Counted from the stretch's first letter, positions 47,476-59,800 are shown. The stretch is DNA of 64,000 bases from Schizochytrium sp. TIO01 (GCA_004764695.1 SMSO01000031.1:9220761-9284760), one strand, 5' to 3'. Numbers and translations are program-made. The notes: a model not told the origin generated them from the letters alone.

Positions 47476-48903
47476 CAACTTGCTGAAAGGTTTTAGCTTA
47501 TTACTTGTGCGAGTGGCGTGAAAAAGCGGAGTGCCAGGAATGTGCTACACTCTGAAATGCAAGTTGCAGTAATAAGGTAGGTAGGTAGTAGGTAGGTAGG
47601 TAGGTAGGAGGTAGGCACTAAGTAGATATTTGACATCATGATGTAAAATCTGGTCTTTGTTATTACTATCTAAATAGTTGAGTTGTTTGCGAGTCTCTTC
47701 AGAGGCCAGTCTAAGAGTCATATTGGATTGGCCCTAGCCCTTCCAGAACTGAAGGGATAAATAATTCTATTAGTTGGCCTATGTAACTTAGACCAAAATA
47801 AACGATTTATTTTAGAGAGCATGAATCGCGTGGCATCGCTCATTCAGAACCATTAAAAAATCTTTCAAAGGAAAAGAGAAAGAGATGAAGAAAGGGAGAA
47901 GCGGAAAAAGGAGAATTAAAAGGCGCAGTTGCATCCCCGAACGAAGAACTTTGAAATTAATTCCACATCAGATTAATAAATATGTGGAAAAGTAGACTTT
48001 TACAGTGGGACTGGGCAGCATAATTGTGGAGCGTGCTCAATTGAAGCAGCAAATGCCATCTGCTTAATGATCCTGTATTTTGGTATAACCTAGTCGCCAG
48101 GGTTTGCTGAAAGCATTCTTTCGTATCGATGCATGCACAGCCTTTCGCAGACAATAATTTATGAGCAAGGTGTTTTTATTTCGTGCCGTTCAATTTTCCT
48201 AGGTTTACTTCTCTCTTTGTAAAAATGTATATAATGAAAATATTTTTTGTTTATTTTACTATTGAAGAATGACACGCGACCCCAAATAAACACATTTTCT
48301 CCAGGCACGGGCCATCTCTTCTCCTTCTTCAAAACAAAAAAAGATTTAAATGTATTTGCTTGCTTTGCAGTCAACTCTCGGTGCGGCCTCTTCTGCCAGG
48401 TCCTACACAGATGGGTAAGGGCAACTTGATTGAGGCAGCTTGTTGGGAATATTTCATAGACAAATACAAGCTCATAGACTCGCACTAAAAAATAATAGCT
48501 TTTAAACGACTGGTTGCTCACGGTATCTATTATTTATGATTTTATATATATGATAAGAAATAAACCTTTTCTATGTTGCAGTATCATATCATAAGACTGA
48601 TATTTTATATTCTTGCCACCTATTCTTGCTTAGAGGTAAAACCACTATACTTCAAAAAGCGACCTTTTCTTTATTTTTTCTTTCATTTTTCATTGTTTTA
48701 ATTTAATAAATAAAGAACTTTAATTAATAAATCTTGCAGTTGACTCAGGCAAGGATTTTTACTTTAAAAAATAATAATAAAATATTTAGATCGTGATTGG
48801 TACAAGTAGATAGTATTACATATATTCTTTTGCTCCACCAAACCATCTACCCCATATAGAAACATCAAAATTTTCTTCTGCGCATTTTTGCAATCCTTCG
48901 CAG

Positions 48904-48958
48904 GTAAGCAAACCCGCAACACCAATTTGCGCCCATTCAAATTGTCTAATACTATCAG
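48904..48958 (+). other. Probable 5'-UTR intron of the folate-receptor-like gene
   Basis: CAG|GTAAGC donor, CTAAT branch-like motif at 48946, and CAG acceptor ending 36 nt before the ATG. Confidence 0.55.
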
Positions 48959-48994
48959 TATTAGTGCTTCAAGTCAAGAACGATCGCTGGGACA

Positions 48995-49945
48995 ATGATT
49001 CAGCGTGGAGCCACCATCCTTCTGGTGCTCAGTGCGATACTTGCAAGCAGCCCAGTGTATGCTGAGGAATCAACTTGCAAGACTTTTGCTGACCTCTACG
49101 GCAATGGTCGCAACCTTTGCGAGAACCTTTTCAGTGGTGCCTTCAAGTATGTTCCCAAGAGCGACCCCGCCCACAAGTATGCCTACACCATGTGGTTCTT
49201 CGACACTGAAAACCCGAACGACAATGTGACAGCACTTCGTATTGAAGCTGGTCTCCACGACTCAGAATATGATGACACTGATGTATGCCACCTTCAGTAT
49301 GAAGACAATAGCCATGATGTTCCTCAGGCCAATCGCCAGCTCCCCGAGTGCAGTCCCTGGAACAGCAACTCATGCTGCACTCCGGATATTGTTCAGAGTC
49401 CCGAATACATGCGCGAAGCCTATGGTGCTGAGTTCAACTGGAACCGTTGTGGCACTCTGAGCCAGCAGTGTGAACGTTTCTTCGTTCAGGAGTACTGCCT
49501 TTACGAATGCGATGTGAACGCTGGTCTTTTTCGCAAGTATGCTCCGCACCTGAACTACACCAACAACCCAGATGCTAATGCCTGGGAGATGGAGGGTATG
49601 CCTATCAAGGGTGAATATTGCGATGCCTGGTACGAGGCTTGCCAGAACGACTACTTCATTTCTTGTAGCGACTCTGACAACGGCGACTGGTTTGCTTGCC
49701 CTTCTATTACCCCCGCAACCGAGGATGAGGAGGATCGTAGAATCTCCAAGGCATCTCTCGCTGTCATCATTGTCCTTGCGGTGCTTGCCTCTGGTGCTTG
49801 CTGCTGGACCTGCATGCTGATTCGCCGCGAGCGTATGGGCCAGCCGGTCTTTGCTCCTGAGAACTTTGATAAGATTGGCGAGAACAACAACCGCCCCTCC
49901 AACTCGGGTGAGGAATCTTCCCGCGGAAGCATCGCCATGACCTAA
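48995..49945 (+). CDS. Folate receptor/riboflavin-binding-protein family (FOLR-like) single-pass membrane protein; candidate thiamine or thiamine-precursor binding protein
   Basis: Signal peptide, then the folate-receptor cysteine pattern (ECSPWNSNSCC, FNWNRCGTLSQQCERFFVQEYCLYEC, PIKGEYCDAWYEACQND), a C-terminal TM helix and a short tail. Strong codon bias. Confidence 0.9.
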   Translation: MIQRGATILLVLSAILASSPVYAEESTCKTFADLYGNGRNLCENLFSGAFKYVPKSDPAHKYAYTMWFFDTENPNDNVTALRIEAGLHDSEYDDTDVCHLQYEDNSHDVPQANRQLPECSPWNSNSCCTPDIVQSPEYMREAYGAEFNWNRCGTLSQQCERFFVQEYCLYECDVNAGLFRKYAPHLNYTNNPDANAWEMEGMPIKGEYCDAWYEACQNDYFISCSDSDNGDWFACPSITPATEDEEDRRISKASLAVIIVLAVLASGACCWTCMLIRRERMGQPVFAPENFDKIGENNNRPSNSGEESSRGSIAMT

Positions 49946-50135
49946 ATCACCGCCTTGAAGTCCTCTCTTTTCTCCGAATCACGCTTTTCTTCGCGTGAAT
50001 GCCTCACAATCAGTTCTGTGACAGGCCATCAGTCAACATTCATTTTGCACGAACAACATTCGTGATGTTACATACATATATATACATACACCTACATTTT
50101 ATTTCGAATTGATCTCCAGATCGGAAATCAAGAGG

Positions 50136-50207
50136 TCGGGGGTGCGTCCATGCGTCGCTGAGATCATACCCTTTGAACCTGAACAGTCGTTAGTACCTGC
50201 GGAGGGA
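50136..50207 (+). promoter_or_regulatory. TPP (thiamine pyrophosphate) riboswitch aptamer in the 3' UTR of the FOLR-like gene
   Basis: tcGGGGGTGCgtccatgcgtcGCTGAGAtcATACCCtttGAACCTGAaCAGtcgtTAGTACCTGCGgAGGGA contains the THI-box hallmarks. These are P2 GGGU/ACCC, CUGAGA, GAACCUGA, P4 CCU/AGG, P5 CAG/CUG and GCG-N-AGGGA. It starts about 190 nt after the stop codon, on the same strand. Confidence 0.9.
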
Positions 50208-51339
50208 GAAGGTCGAATTTGTTAGGCTTTATAATACATGTCATTAGCTCGTGTATTATTGCTGGTAATTCAGCTAAGCTTGCACTTACAAATTCTGCCA
50301 CCTCTTGTGCTCTAATCTCGATAGTCATTACGAAGTAAATTCCTTTTCCATATTAACATTCCTGCCTACGCAATCCTTCTGCTCTAAACCATCTTCGCAG
50401 AAGGCATAATTGTTAGCGGCAAGATGAATGAATAAAAATCTTCAATGTCATCTCCAATTGCTGCCCAGTTTTTTTTCCAAATGCATAGTTTGAAATTACT
50501 CACGTACTTCTGTGCCATTAATCTTCTTGTATGCCGTCTTATCCATTTAATTGTTAAGACTTGAGTATTGATAAACTGCAAGCACTTTGCAGTCACTATT
50601 AAGTGAAGATCTCTCCAACCAGATGCCGTACAGAATTTGAAACCGTCCTACCGGAGGCCTTTTCTTTGTCGCGACAAAACAAGTGAATATTTTAGCTTGA
50701 GTTATTAAACAAAAGATTTCCAAATAAGTAAATAATGAGCCACCTCTAACTGGAGGATGTCACCGAGCGATAGAGTAGTAGCGAGAAATCCTGGTAACCT
50801 TGTGGGAGCTTGTGGGAGTTTGATTTCACTCTACTTGAATAGAAAAGGCATTCTTAATGTTCAACTTTCGGGAGGTTCGTGTTGTGCAACAGAATTCTAT
50901 TTTTTGTCTTACAGCTATGTTTTCAAATACGATTTTTCTAATGAAAATGTCCTAAACTGTGATTTCTTGAACTAAGAATTGGTGAAACATGTCATTGTCA
51001 ATCCCTTGTCTACAGCCTTGGACATGCTACCAATACTCGATACTCTGCCGTACTCCGTTATTTTACATATGAAAACTACTTGAGTCTTTACGATCTTTGC
51101 AAAACTCAAATTATACGAGACCATAAAAGTAGACTGCAGAACTCATCACCGCGGGATTCTGCACTTATGAAAACGTTAGAACTTAAAACCCCCAAATGAT
51201 ACCTTTTATTCCAGCCATCATGATATAAATTAAATATTATATTTTTGTTAGGTCTTTGTGGTCTTTGTTAAGAGGTATGAAAATGGCACAGCCCAGGAAC
51301 CACCAAGCTTGAAACACTACAAGTGAAGCAAACCTTTAA

Positions 51340-51626
51340 TTCAAATTATCAACCACAAGTTTGGCATCTCAGCAAGTGCCCTTCAGGTGCGTCCCCAGAG
51401 GCAAGTGCATATACGCAAGTGACGTTGTTGAGCGCATCTTTGGCTACTGTTCCGGAAGCCGCAAGAAACGCAGCATCCTACCATTATCTACGCTAGAGTC
51501 TCCTCCGTCAAGCAAAAAGAGAATCTCAAATGCCAGATTCGAGCCTACCCAGACACCTCCGCCGTCTACAAAGATATCGGTAGAGGGGCCAACTTCAACA
51601 CGCTGGGCTTGCGCGCCCTACTGGAC
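51340..51626 (+). pseudogene. tnpA: IS607 TnpA serine recombinase remnant (HTH plus N-terminal catalytic part)
   Basis: Reads ..PRGKCIYASDVVERIFG.. then, frameshifted, TIIYARVSSVKQKENLKCQIRAYPDTSAVYKDIGRGANFNTLGLRALLD. This matches YARVSS-x-x-Q-x-x-x-L and D-I-G-S-G-x-N-F-x-R-x-GL of IS607 recombinases. Confidence 0.85.
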
Positions 51627-51630
51627 TGCT

Positions 51631-52006
51631 GAAATCACCGCAAGCTTGCACTTTGGCTCCCGGCCGTGAAAACTAACGTGTTATAAATTTGAAACCTCCG
51701 ATGGTCAACAACTTAACAGGATGGATCAAAAGCAAGACAGTTCGAATGATGTGTTATTGGGGTCGTTTTAGCTTCCGTCAGGCGCTCATTCACAAAGCCG
51801 AACATTTAGCACGCCAGTGGCGAAAACTGGTTATTCTCCGAGAGGATTGTATTCCTAAATCATGCAATGAATGTGGTAGAATCCGCGACAAACTCGAAAC
51901 ATCGGAGGTTTTCAAATGGCCTTAAAACTGCAAACACGTAGTTAATCGTAATATCCACGCCGTCAAAGGCATCCATCTACACTACCTTTCCAAGGACACG
52001 ATTTAA
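51631..52006 (+). pseudogene. tnpB: Fanzor2/TnpB nuclease remnant (C-terminal portion with RuvC-II, zinc finger and RuvC-III region)
   Basis: HRKLALWL..KFETS..MV..IKSKTVRMMCYWGRFSFRQALIHKAE..VILREDCIPKSCNECG..SEVFKWP*NCKHVVNRNIHAVKGIHLHYL. This matches the Fanzor2 pattern SKTAR-x-M-x-x-W-x-H-x-x-FRQ..E-x-YTSKTC-x-x-CG..F-x-C-x-x-C..DRD-x-NAA-x-NILLRYL, with stops and frameshifts. Confidence 0.88.
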
Positions 52007-53801
52007 GAATTTTGTTTGAGTCACAGGTTAGCTTTCGCGATTGGGCCTTGTCACCATTGGAAATGCAAAATTTGATAGGTTAATTTCTAAGTGACTACTA
52101 ACAGTATAAGCCTACTAGGATTGAATCCAGAAGCTGGATCAATTTTAATGCTTTTATTTGATAAACAACCCTGATGTCATGAAGGATCCCTGAGTAGTTC
52201 TTCCACCAAATCATCGGTTTGAAGTTCACGTTTACTAAATACGTGTAGTCCTATCGTCATTAAGAAGTAAGAAGAGAAGGGGCAAGAGCGATAAATTATG
52301 GAGAGGGTATTTATATACTATCAGGTAAATATGGAGTTAAATGGGAGTGTCTTTCGACAGTGTGCACATGTGTAAATGTTGGTTTTCATTAAGATCTCTG
52401 TTGCTGGATATGAAACACTCTATCATGCAATTTCGGTAGTTCGTGGACTTCATTCGATGCGTAAGTTTTATTTCCTCGAGTCAAATTCTTCGCGCGGACT
52501 CGAAGCAAACCCATCAATAAGACTGTCTCAACCATTGGACCGCTCTAACTCAACTATGAAGATCAGACATAGTGCTGATGCAAGTTGATGACACGAATAC
52601 AGTTCAACATTAACTTTGGTTTTGATACGCTCATTAGAATGATTAATTCGTATTTATTGTGAAAACCTTGAAACAAAGATCCAATGGCCGTGCTGCTCGA
52701 TACTGTAGAAGACAGCCTTAGCTCAGTCGCGGCAGTTTAGCAGATTTCATCATCATCAATCGTTTGTTAGATGCTCACCTACTTGCGATCAAGATGAACA
52801 ACAACAATAACCACCGATAAGTCGTTTCAAAATAAATAAATAATTATTATATTTATATAATATGACTATCCAGAATGGCGTGCCAGGTGTTGTCGCCAGC
52901 GAGAAGGTAACACAAGATCAGGCATGAACCACATATGTTCTCCTAACCCTGGAAACTTGCAGCTGTACTAAAGCAGGACTCTGAAGAAACCTTCCCTGCA
53001 AATGCTCATATGCTTTTTTGCCTTTTCAAATCGTTTCTAATTAAAAAAAATGATCTGCAACATATAACAGCAACCTGCTGCCTCAATTTTGCCTTTTTGA
53101 GACACCTTGGTACTCGTACGCAAAGTCACCGTCGTGAATAAATGCTAGGTGCTAGCAGAGCAAAGACAAATGAAAAGAAGCATCGTTTCTTGAGCAAAAT
53201 GCGAAAAATTGTTCCAACTACTACCTACCTGCCCTAGCTACTACTAGGTAGAATATACTCGGGTGTCCGATCAGGGCAAGATAAGTATCGGATATCGACT
53301 GGACCCAGAGGGTTGCGACCATGACAGCTATAGAGATTGCCAACCTGATCAAACCAGGGAAGCAAAGATCCCCAAATACGGGTTTCTGTTTCTTTGTTTT
53401 TTTGTAACAAAGTACCGCGTACCTGGGTCTTTCTATTGGTGTCAAACACAGAAATGCTAGCAACCCCTTTTTGCCCTAGGTTTTTTCCTAACCATGACAA
53501 AAATCACATTTTGGCATTAGTGTATTGCTAGGTTGTTGCAATAAGACTAATTCTTTCTTCTGATCTGATTTCTGCACAAGCATATAGATCGTACGGTACT
53601 TAGTACGAGTACTTACGTAGAAACATCATAGCTTAATTGATGAAAGTCAAGCATCGATCCTCTTTCGTTTAGTAATCGTAGGTAGTACAGCTAGTACCCT
53701 TTTTTTAAAATGAAAAAGCATTTGGCGAAGACCAAAGCGATACAACAACTCGCTCGCGCGCAGCAAGAGGGGAACGAACCCTTCGTGCTCTCACAAGACC
53801 C

Positions 53802-56800
53802 ATGGTCCAGGGAAACACAACTCAGAAGCACCTTTGGGACCCTTCACTCCTGGGGTGTGGCACAGAAGTTACTCCTGCCCAACAATATGTGGCGCGGAAT
53901 TGTGCATTGAGGTCTCGCCTTGCGGCACGTGTCCATATTGAATCTGTGCAAAGACAGCAAGTCTGCGAAAGTATACGTAACACTACCCTTTGGAAGAGAT
54001 CAGGAGGCACGCAAAGGCTCCCTCAACATCGCTCTCCACAGAGCCCAGACCTGATCACGTGCTCCTCTGGAGGCAACGTATTGATGTCTTCTTCTCTCTC
54101 TTTCCTTCAAAGTACCCTATCACGTGTTGGTCAAAACAAACTGATACAGATGCAGATACAGTCAAACAAAGACCCTTGGGAACAGCAGCAACAACAGCAC
54201 TCTTCTTTGTTAAGACGGCCATGTGAGGAAACCAATTCTTACTCAAATAGGAGTTCAAATCATCACAAGAGGAGACCACACTATGCTCGTGTTTCGGTCA
54301 TCACAATAATAACTGTAATACTGCTCTTCTGGCACCCAGGTGCGATTTGCGCGTTTACAAACGAAGGTGACCAACGTGCATATGCAAATTTTGTTCTGCA
54401 TATGAGCGCTGGAGGAGAAACCGGTATGTACTTCAATTATTGTAGTGATCAAAACACAGTCAATGATCCATGCTCGTGCAATATAAATGGACGTCAGATT
54501 GTATGTAATGAAGAAGGTAGAATTCAAGAGATCCATTTGCCAGAAAACAGTCTTTATGGAAATCTTTCTCCAGATATCTTGAATATGTTTACTCAACTCC
54601 ATGCTTTAAATCTCTCGTCCCTGACAACAAATTCAGCGCATCGTAATTTGCTGAAAGTTTCTAGCGCAGAGGTGAATTGTACTAACCTTTCCAAGTGCCT
54701 TGATGGTAGTTGGACTTGCGATTTTTCCGGGAGTGATCTACGCATGTGCTCTACTAAGAGTTCGTCTTCAAATCTACCTCAGAATAAAACTAAGGCGTCC
54801 TTTGAATGTGCATACGACGGCTATCTTATTACAGAAAGTACAAATGGAGGCGAGATGCCATTGAACATAAAAGATGTTGCTTCTGCGCAACACTGCTGGA
54901 ATCTCTGCACCAAGTATAGTTTCTGCCTTTTCTTTTCCTTTTCACCGTATGGAAACACAGCCGGTACTTGTCTTCTGCACAGCCGGCTTGGAGACATTCA
55001 ATCTAATAGTAAATGGTTGTCTGGGTCGAAGACTTGCGATGACATTTTCTTCTCCAGATCTACCTCTTCAATTCCGGCAAGTAAAAGCGCCGATCAAGCT
55101 ATTTCAGCTGCGACTCCTACTCGCAGAGCTGTCCAAGCTCTGGATGACTGCTACACCGAAGGTTACCGCTACGTTCGCACAGGCTCTCAGCCTATTGCAA
55201 CTGAGACTACAGATCCAGATGTAGCCTCTTGCCAGAATGTTTGCCTGACGAACTCAGATTGTTTGTATTTTGCTATAAAAGTCTCGGGTAATAGCAATGC
55301 TGGTCAATGTGAGTTGTTCTCTGATATATCAGCAGGTGTCACTGAGGCATCCAATTGGGATCTGGGCCCTCGAAGCTGTTCATCGTCTACCCCTACATCT
55401 ACTCCTACTGACGTACCAACTACCGCAGCTTCGCCAACTAAAGAGCCTACTACAAGTCCTACCGAATCATGTTTTACAGAAGGTTTTCGGTTTGAGCGTA
55501 CAGATGCTCAACCTTTTCTCACTGAAACAACTGACCCTGATGCTGATTCTTGCCAAGCGCTATGCGAAACAAATGATTCATGTCTGTACTTCGCTGTCAA
55601 GGTTTCAGGAAATAGCAACGAAGGCCAGTGCGAACTGTACTCCGATATATCGGCAGGCACTGTAGAAGCATCCAACTGGGTACTTGGACCACGTACATGT
55701 GCCGGAACAACTGCATCTCCCACGGTCTCTCCCACACCATATCCGAGTATAGCAATAAGTGCCCCGACCACTGGTACTGTAGCACCAACGTCAGACTCTG
55801 CAAGCAGTCCCACAATTGCCCCTACCTCGAGTCCAACAGAATGTTTTACAGAAGGTTTTCGGTTTGAGCGTACAGATGCTCAACCTTTTCTCACTGAAAC
55901 AACTGACCCTGATGCTGATTCTTGCCAAGCGCTATGCGAAACAAATGATTCATGTCTGTACTTCGCTGTCAAGGTTTCAGGAAATAGCAACGAAGGCCAG
56001 TGCGAACTGTACTCCGATATATCGGCAGGCACTGTAGAAGCATCCAACTGGGTACTTGGACCACGTACATGTGCCGGAACAACTGCATCTCCCACGGTCT
56101 CTCCCACACCATATCCGAGTATAGCAACAAGTGCCCCGACCACTGGTACTGTAGCACCAACGTCAGACTCTGCAAGCAGTCCCACAATTGCCCCTACCTC
56201 GAGTCCAACAGAATGTATTACAGAAGGTTTTCGCTTTGAGCGTACAGATGCTCAACCTTTTCTCACTGAAACAACTGACCCTGATGCTGATTCTTGCCAA
56301 GCGCTATGCGAAACAAATGATTCATGTCTGTACTTCGCTGTCAAGGTTTCAGGAAATAGCAACGAAGGTCAGTGCGAACTGTACTCCGATATCTCGGCAG
56401 GCACTGTAGAAGCATCCAACTGGGTACTTGGACCACGTACATGTGCCGGAACAACTGCATCTCCCACGGTCTCTCCCACACCATATCCGAGTATAGCAAT
56501 AAGTGCCCCGACCACTGGTACTGTAGCACCAACGTCAGACTCTGCAAGCAGTCCCACAATTGCCCCTACCTCGAGTCCAACAGAATGTATTACAGAAGGT
56601 TTTCGCTTTGAGCGTACAGATGCTCAACCTTTTCTCACTGAAACAACTGACCCTGATGCCGATTCTTGCCAAGCGCTATGCGAAACAAATGATTCATGTC
56701 TGTACTTTGCTGTCAAGGTTTCAGGAAATAGCAACGAAGGTCAGTGCGAACTGTACTCCGATATATCGGCAGGCACTGTAGAAGCATCCAACTGGGTACT

Positions 56801-59800
56801 TGGACCACGTACGTGTGCCGGAACAACTGCATCTCCCACGGTCTCTCCCACACCATATCCGAGTATAGCAACAAGTGCCCCGACCACTAGTACTGTAGCA
56901 CCAACGTCAGACTCTGCAAGCAGTCCCACAATTGCCCCTACCTCGAGTCCAACAGAATGTATTACAGAAGGTTTTCGGTTTGAGCGTACAGATACTCAGC
57001 CTATCGACACGGAGACTACTGACCCTGATGCTGATTCTTGCCAAGCGCTATGCGAAACAAATGATTCATGTCTGTACTTCGCTGTCAAGGTTTCAGGAAA
57101 TAGCAACGAAGGTCAGTGCGAACTGTACTCCGATATATCGGCAGGCACTGTAGAAGCATCCAACTGGGTTCTTGGTGTAAGGGAATGTGCAAGCACAACA
57201 ATCCCAAGTAGTATACCGACACAAGCGCCTACCTTGAGCCCGACAGCTGGAGAAAACACAACGCGGTCTCCGTCTGTAACAATGAGTCCAACAACGCCCT
57301 CACCAACAGCGTTGCCCACTGAGTGCTACACTGACGGCTATCGCTTTGAGCGAACAGATACTCAACCAATTGACACTGAGACAACATCACCAGATGCTGA
57401 TTCTTGCCAAGCTTTATGCCAGAGCAATGCCAATTGTCTTTACTTCGCTGTTAAGGTTTCGGGAAATAGCAACGAAGGTCAGTGCGAACTGTACTCCGAT
57501 ATATCGGCAGGCACTGTAGAAGCATCCAACTGGGTTCTTGGTGTAAGGGAATGTGCAAGCACAACAATCCCAAGTAGTATACCGACACAAGCGCCTACCT
57601 TGAGCCCGACAGCTGGAGAAGACACAACGCGGTCTCCGTCTGTAACAATGAGTCCAACAACGCCCTCACCAACAGCGTCGCCCACTGAGTGCTACACTGA
57701 CGGCTATCGCTTTGAGCGAACAGACACTCAACCAATTGACACTGAGACAACATCACCAGATGCTGAGTCTTGCCAAGCTTTATGCCAGAGCAATACCAAT
57801 TGTCTTTACTTCGCTGTAAAGGTATCAGGAAACAGTAATGATGGCCAGTGCGAGTTATATTCTGATATTTCTTCTGGACTAACAAGTGCAAGTAATTGGG
57901 TTTATGGACCACGCACATGTGGAACTAGTGCCCCTACATCAGGATCGCCTTCATCCACACCTACTCAAACCCCAACAAGTGGACCAACAAGGGCCCCATC
58001 TGCAGCTCCTACACTTTGCATCATCGAAGGCTACCGTCTTGAACGAACAGACACACAACCCTTTACTACTACTACAACGGATCCAACCGCTAGTGCTTGT
58101 CAAAGCGAGTGCGTCTCAGTAGACGGGTGTATTTATTTTGCTGTGAAGGTTTCAGGAGATAGTAATACTGGTCAGTGTGAGCTCTACTCTGATATAAGTG
58201 CCGGGATCGTTGAAGCTCCGAATTGGGTTTACGGCCTTGGCGAATGTGGTGGCCCGACGGCAACTCCAACGAGTTCTCCAACCACCTGTTTTTTTACTGA
58301 TATGACATACACTGGTGAGGTGATAGAGGAGCTTACGAGTATTGCATCATCTACGGAATGTCAAGATGAGTGTGTTACTGTAGATGAATGCTATTACTTT
58401 ACGTTTAAGTACCAAGGCGACAATAATGGCACATGTATTCTCCTTTCCGCTGTAAATGTGACCCTTACAGGCGAAGATAACTACGAATCTGGCCCTAAGG
58501 TGTGTGGAATGTCCCTTGCTCCTACATTAGCTCCTACAAATCGACCTGTGACCTCCACTGCGCCTACTCCTACCCAGACCCCAACGGTTTCGACGACCAA
58601 TCCTACTAGTTCACCTACATCTGCCCCTGTAACTCTATCTTCAGATCAGTCAGAGGCATGGACAAACATGTACGATGACTTGAGCGGGTCTAATTGGGTG
58701 GCATGCACATCAGACGAGAACCCATGTAATGACCCTTCTTGCTCAACATCTTCAGGAAATATCCAAAGATATGTTTCTTGCTCAGTGCAAGAAGATCAGC
58801 GGCGTTTAATTAGACGTAGTCGACGCTTCCTTCAAAGCTCCAGTTCCCCAAGTAGCATTACGGCAATAGTTCTTCCTCTGAACGGGATGGAAGGATTGCT
58901 TACGAAAGATACCCTTGATGCGTGGACTAGCCTTGAGGTGCTGAACTTGACTGGTAATGATATCACTGGGGATGGCCCAAACGACTGTATCGATGCACAG
59001 CTTTGCTACGAATCAGGAGTTGTTTGCGACGTGCCAAGTTTATGTGGAGAAATGTATTCTGTAAATTCTGATGGATCATCAGAATGGACACCGGTCAACT
59101 CGACATCTGACTCATATTCAACGCTTGATGTCTCGACGGGAGAATCAGTTCTGTTTGAGTTCTCAAATTCGAGTAATGTGGTTCGACTAGCCTCTCTAGA
59201 TGCATATGAGAGTTGTAATTTTACGGACTCTACCTTGCTAGCAGGCTCAAGTGAAGGTTCGTACCGTTTTGTAGCAGATCAAGAAGATGAAGGCAAAACA
59301 GTCTATATCACGAGCTCGCTTCCAGTAGGAAGCCATGCTAACTGTAAAAATGGACAACGGATTGCAATCCGAGTTGCAAGCGTGAGCACTAGCGCCCCAA
59401 CAACAAGTGGTGGCGACACGTCGGACGATAGCTCCAAAGCTAATGGATCTGGCATCAACTGGATTTGGCTTATTATTATTATCCTCCTTGTAGTTCTTTG
59501 CGGACTTCCTTGTGTAATACTATCTACAATTCTTTGTATGGGTAGATTCTGTCCAGGCAGTCTTCCTGGTTGTATCCAAGCCCCACTGGATCGGTGCCTG
59601 CTAGGCTCAAGAAGTAATTCTTTAGGAAGGAAGAACTTTGATTCAATGTTGCCTTATACAAGCTCAGAAGCTAGCACTGCTTCTCCAAGTGGGGCCGGTG
59701 GATCTATTTCGCTTTCGCCTATTTCAACAGGTAGCCATCAAAGAGCACAACAAATTAAAGAATCTGAAGATGACAGGCTTGATAATGGATCAGCATTCTC

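Larger units (their letters stand above)
51161..52093 (+). mobile_element. IS607-family/Fanzor2 non-autonomous element, copy B
   Basis: TnpA remnant followed by a Fanzor2 C-terminal remnant. Colinear with copies A and C. Starts near gCACTTAtgaaaacgtt and ends ggttaatttcTAAGTG. Confidence 0.88.

Noticed and set aside
50665-50678. 14-bp perfect palindrome tttgtcgcgacaaa
   Set aside because: A few palindromes of this length are expected by chance in 64 kb.
51361-51925. 102-aa and 78-aa ORFs (and 62519-62809) as independent small genes
   Set aside because: They are mixed-frame pieces of the decayed TnpA and Fanzor2 reading frames.
53305-53545. Possible MITE with tagagattgccaacct / aggttgttgcaat inverted ends
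   Set aside because: The inverted match is imperfect, with no target-site duplication and no second copy.
55508-57685. Periodic small ORFs on both strands
   Set aside because: Shadows of the 372/366-bp coding repeats.
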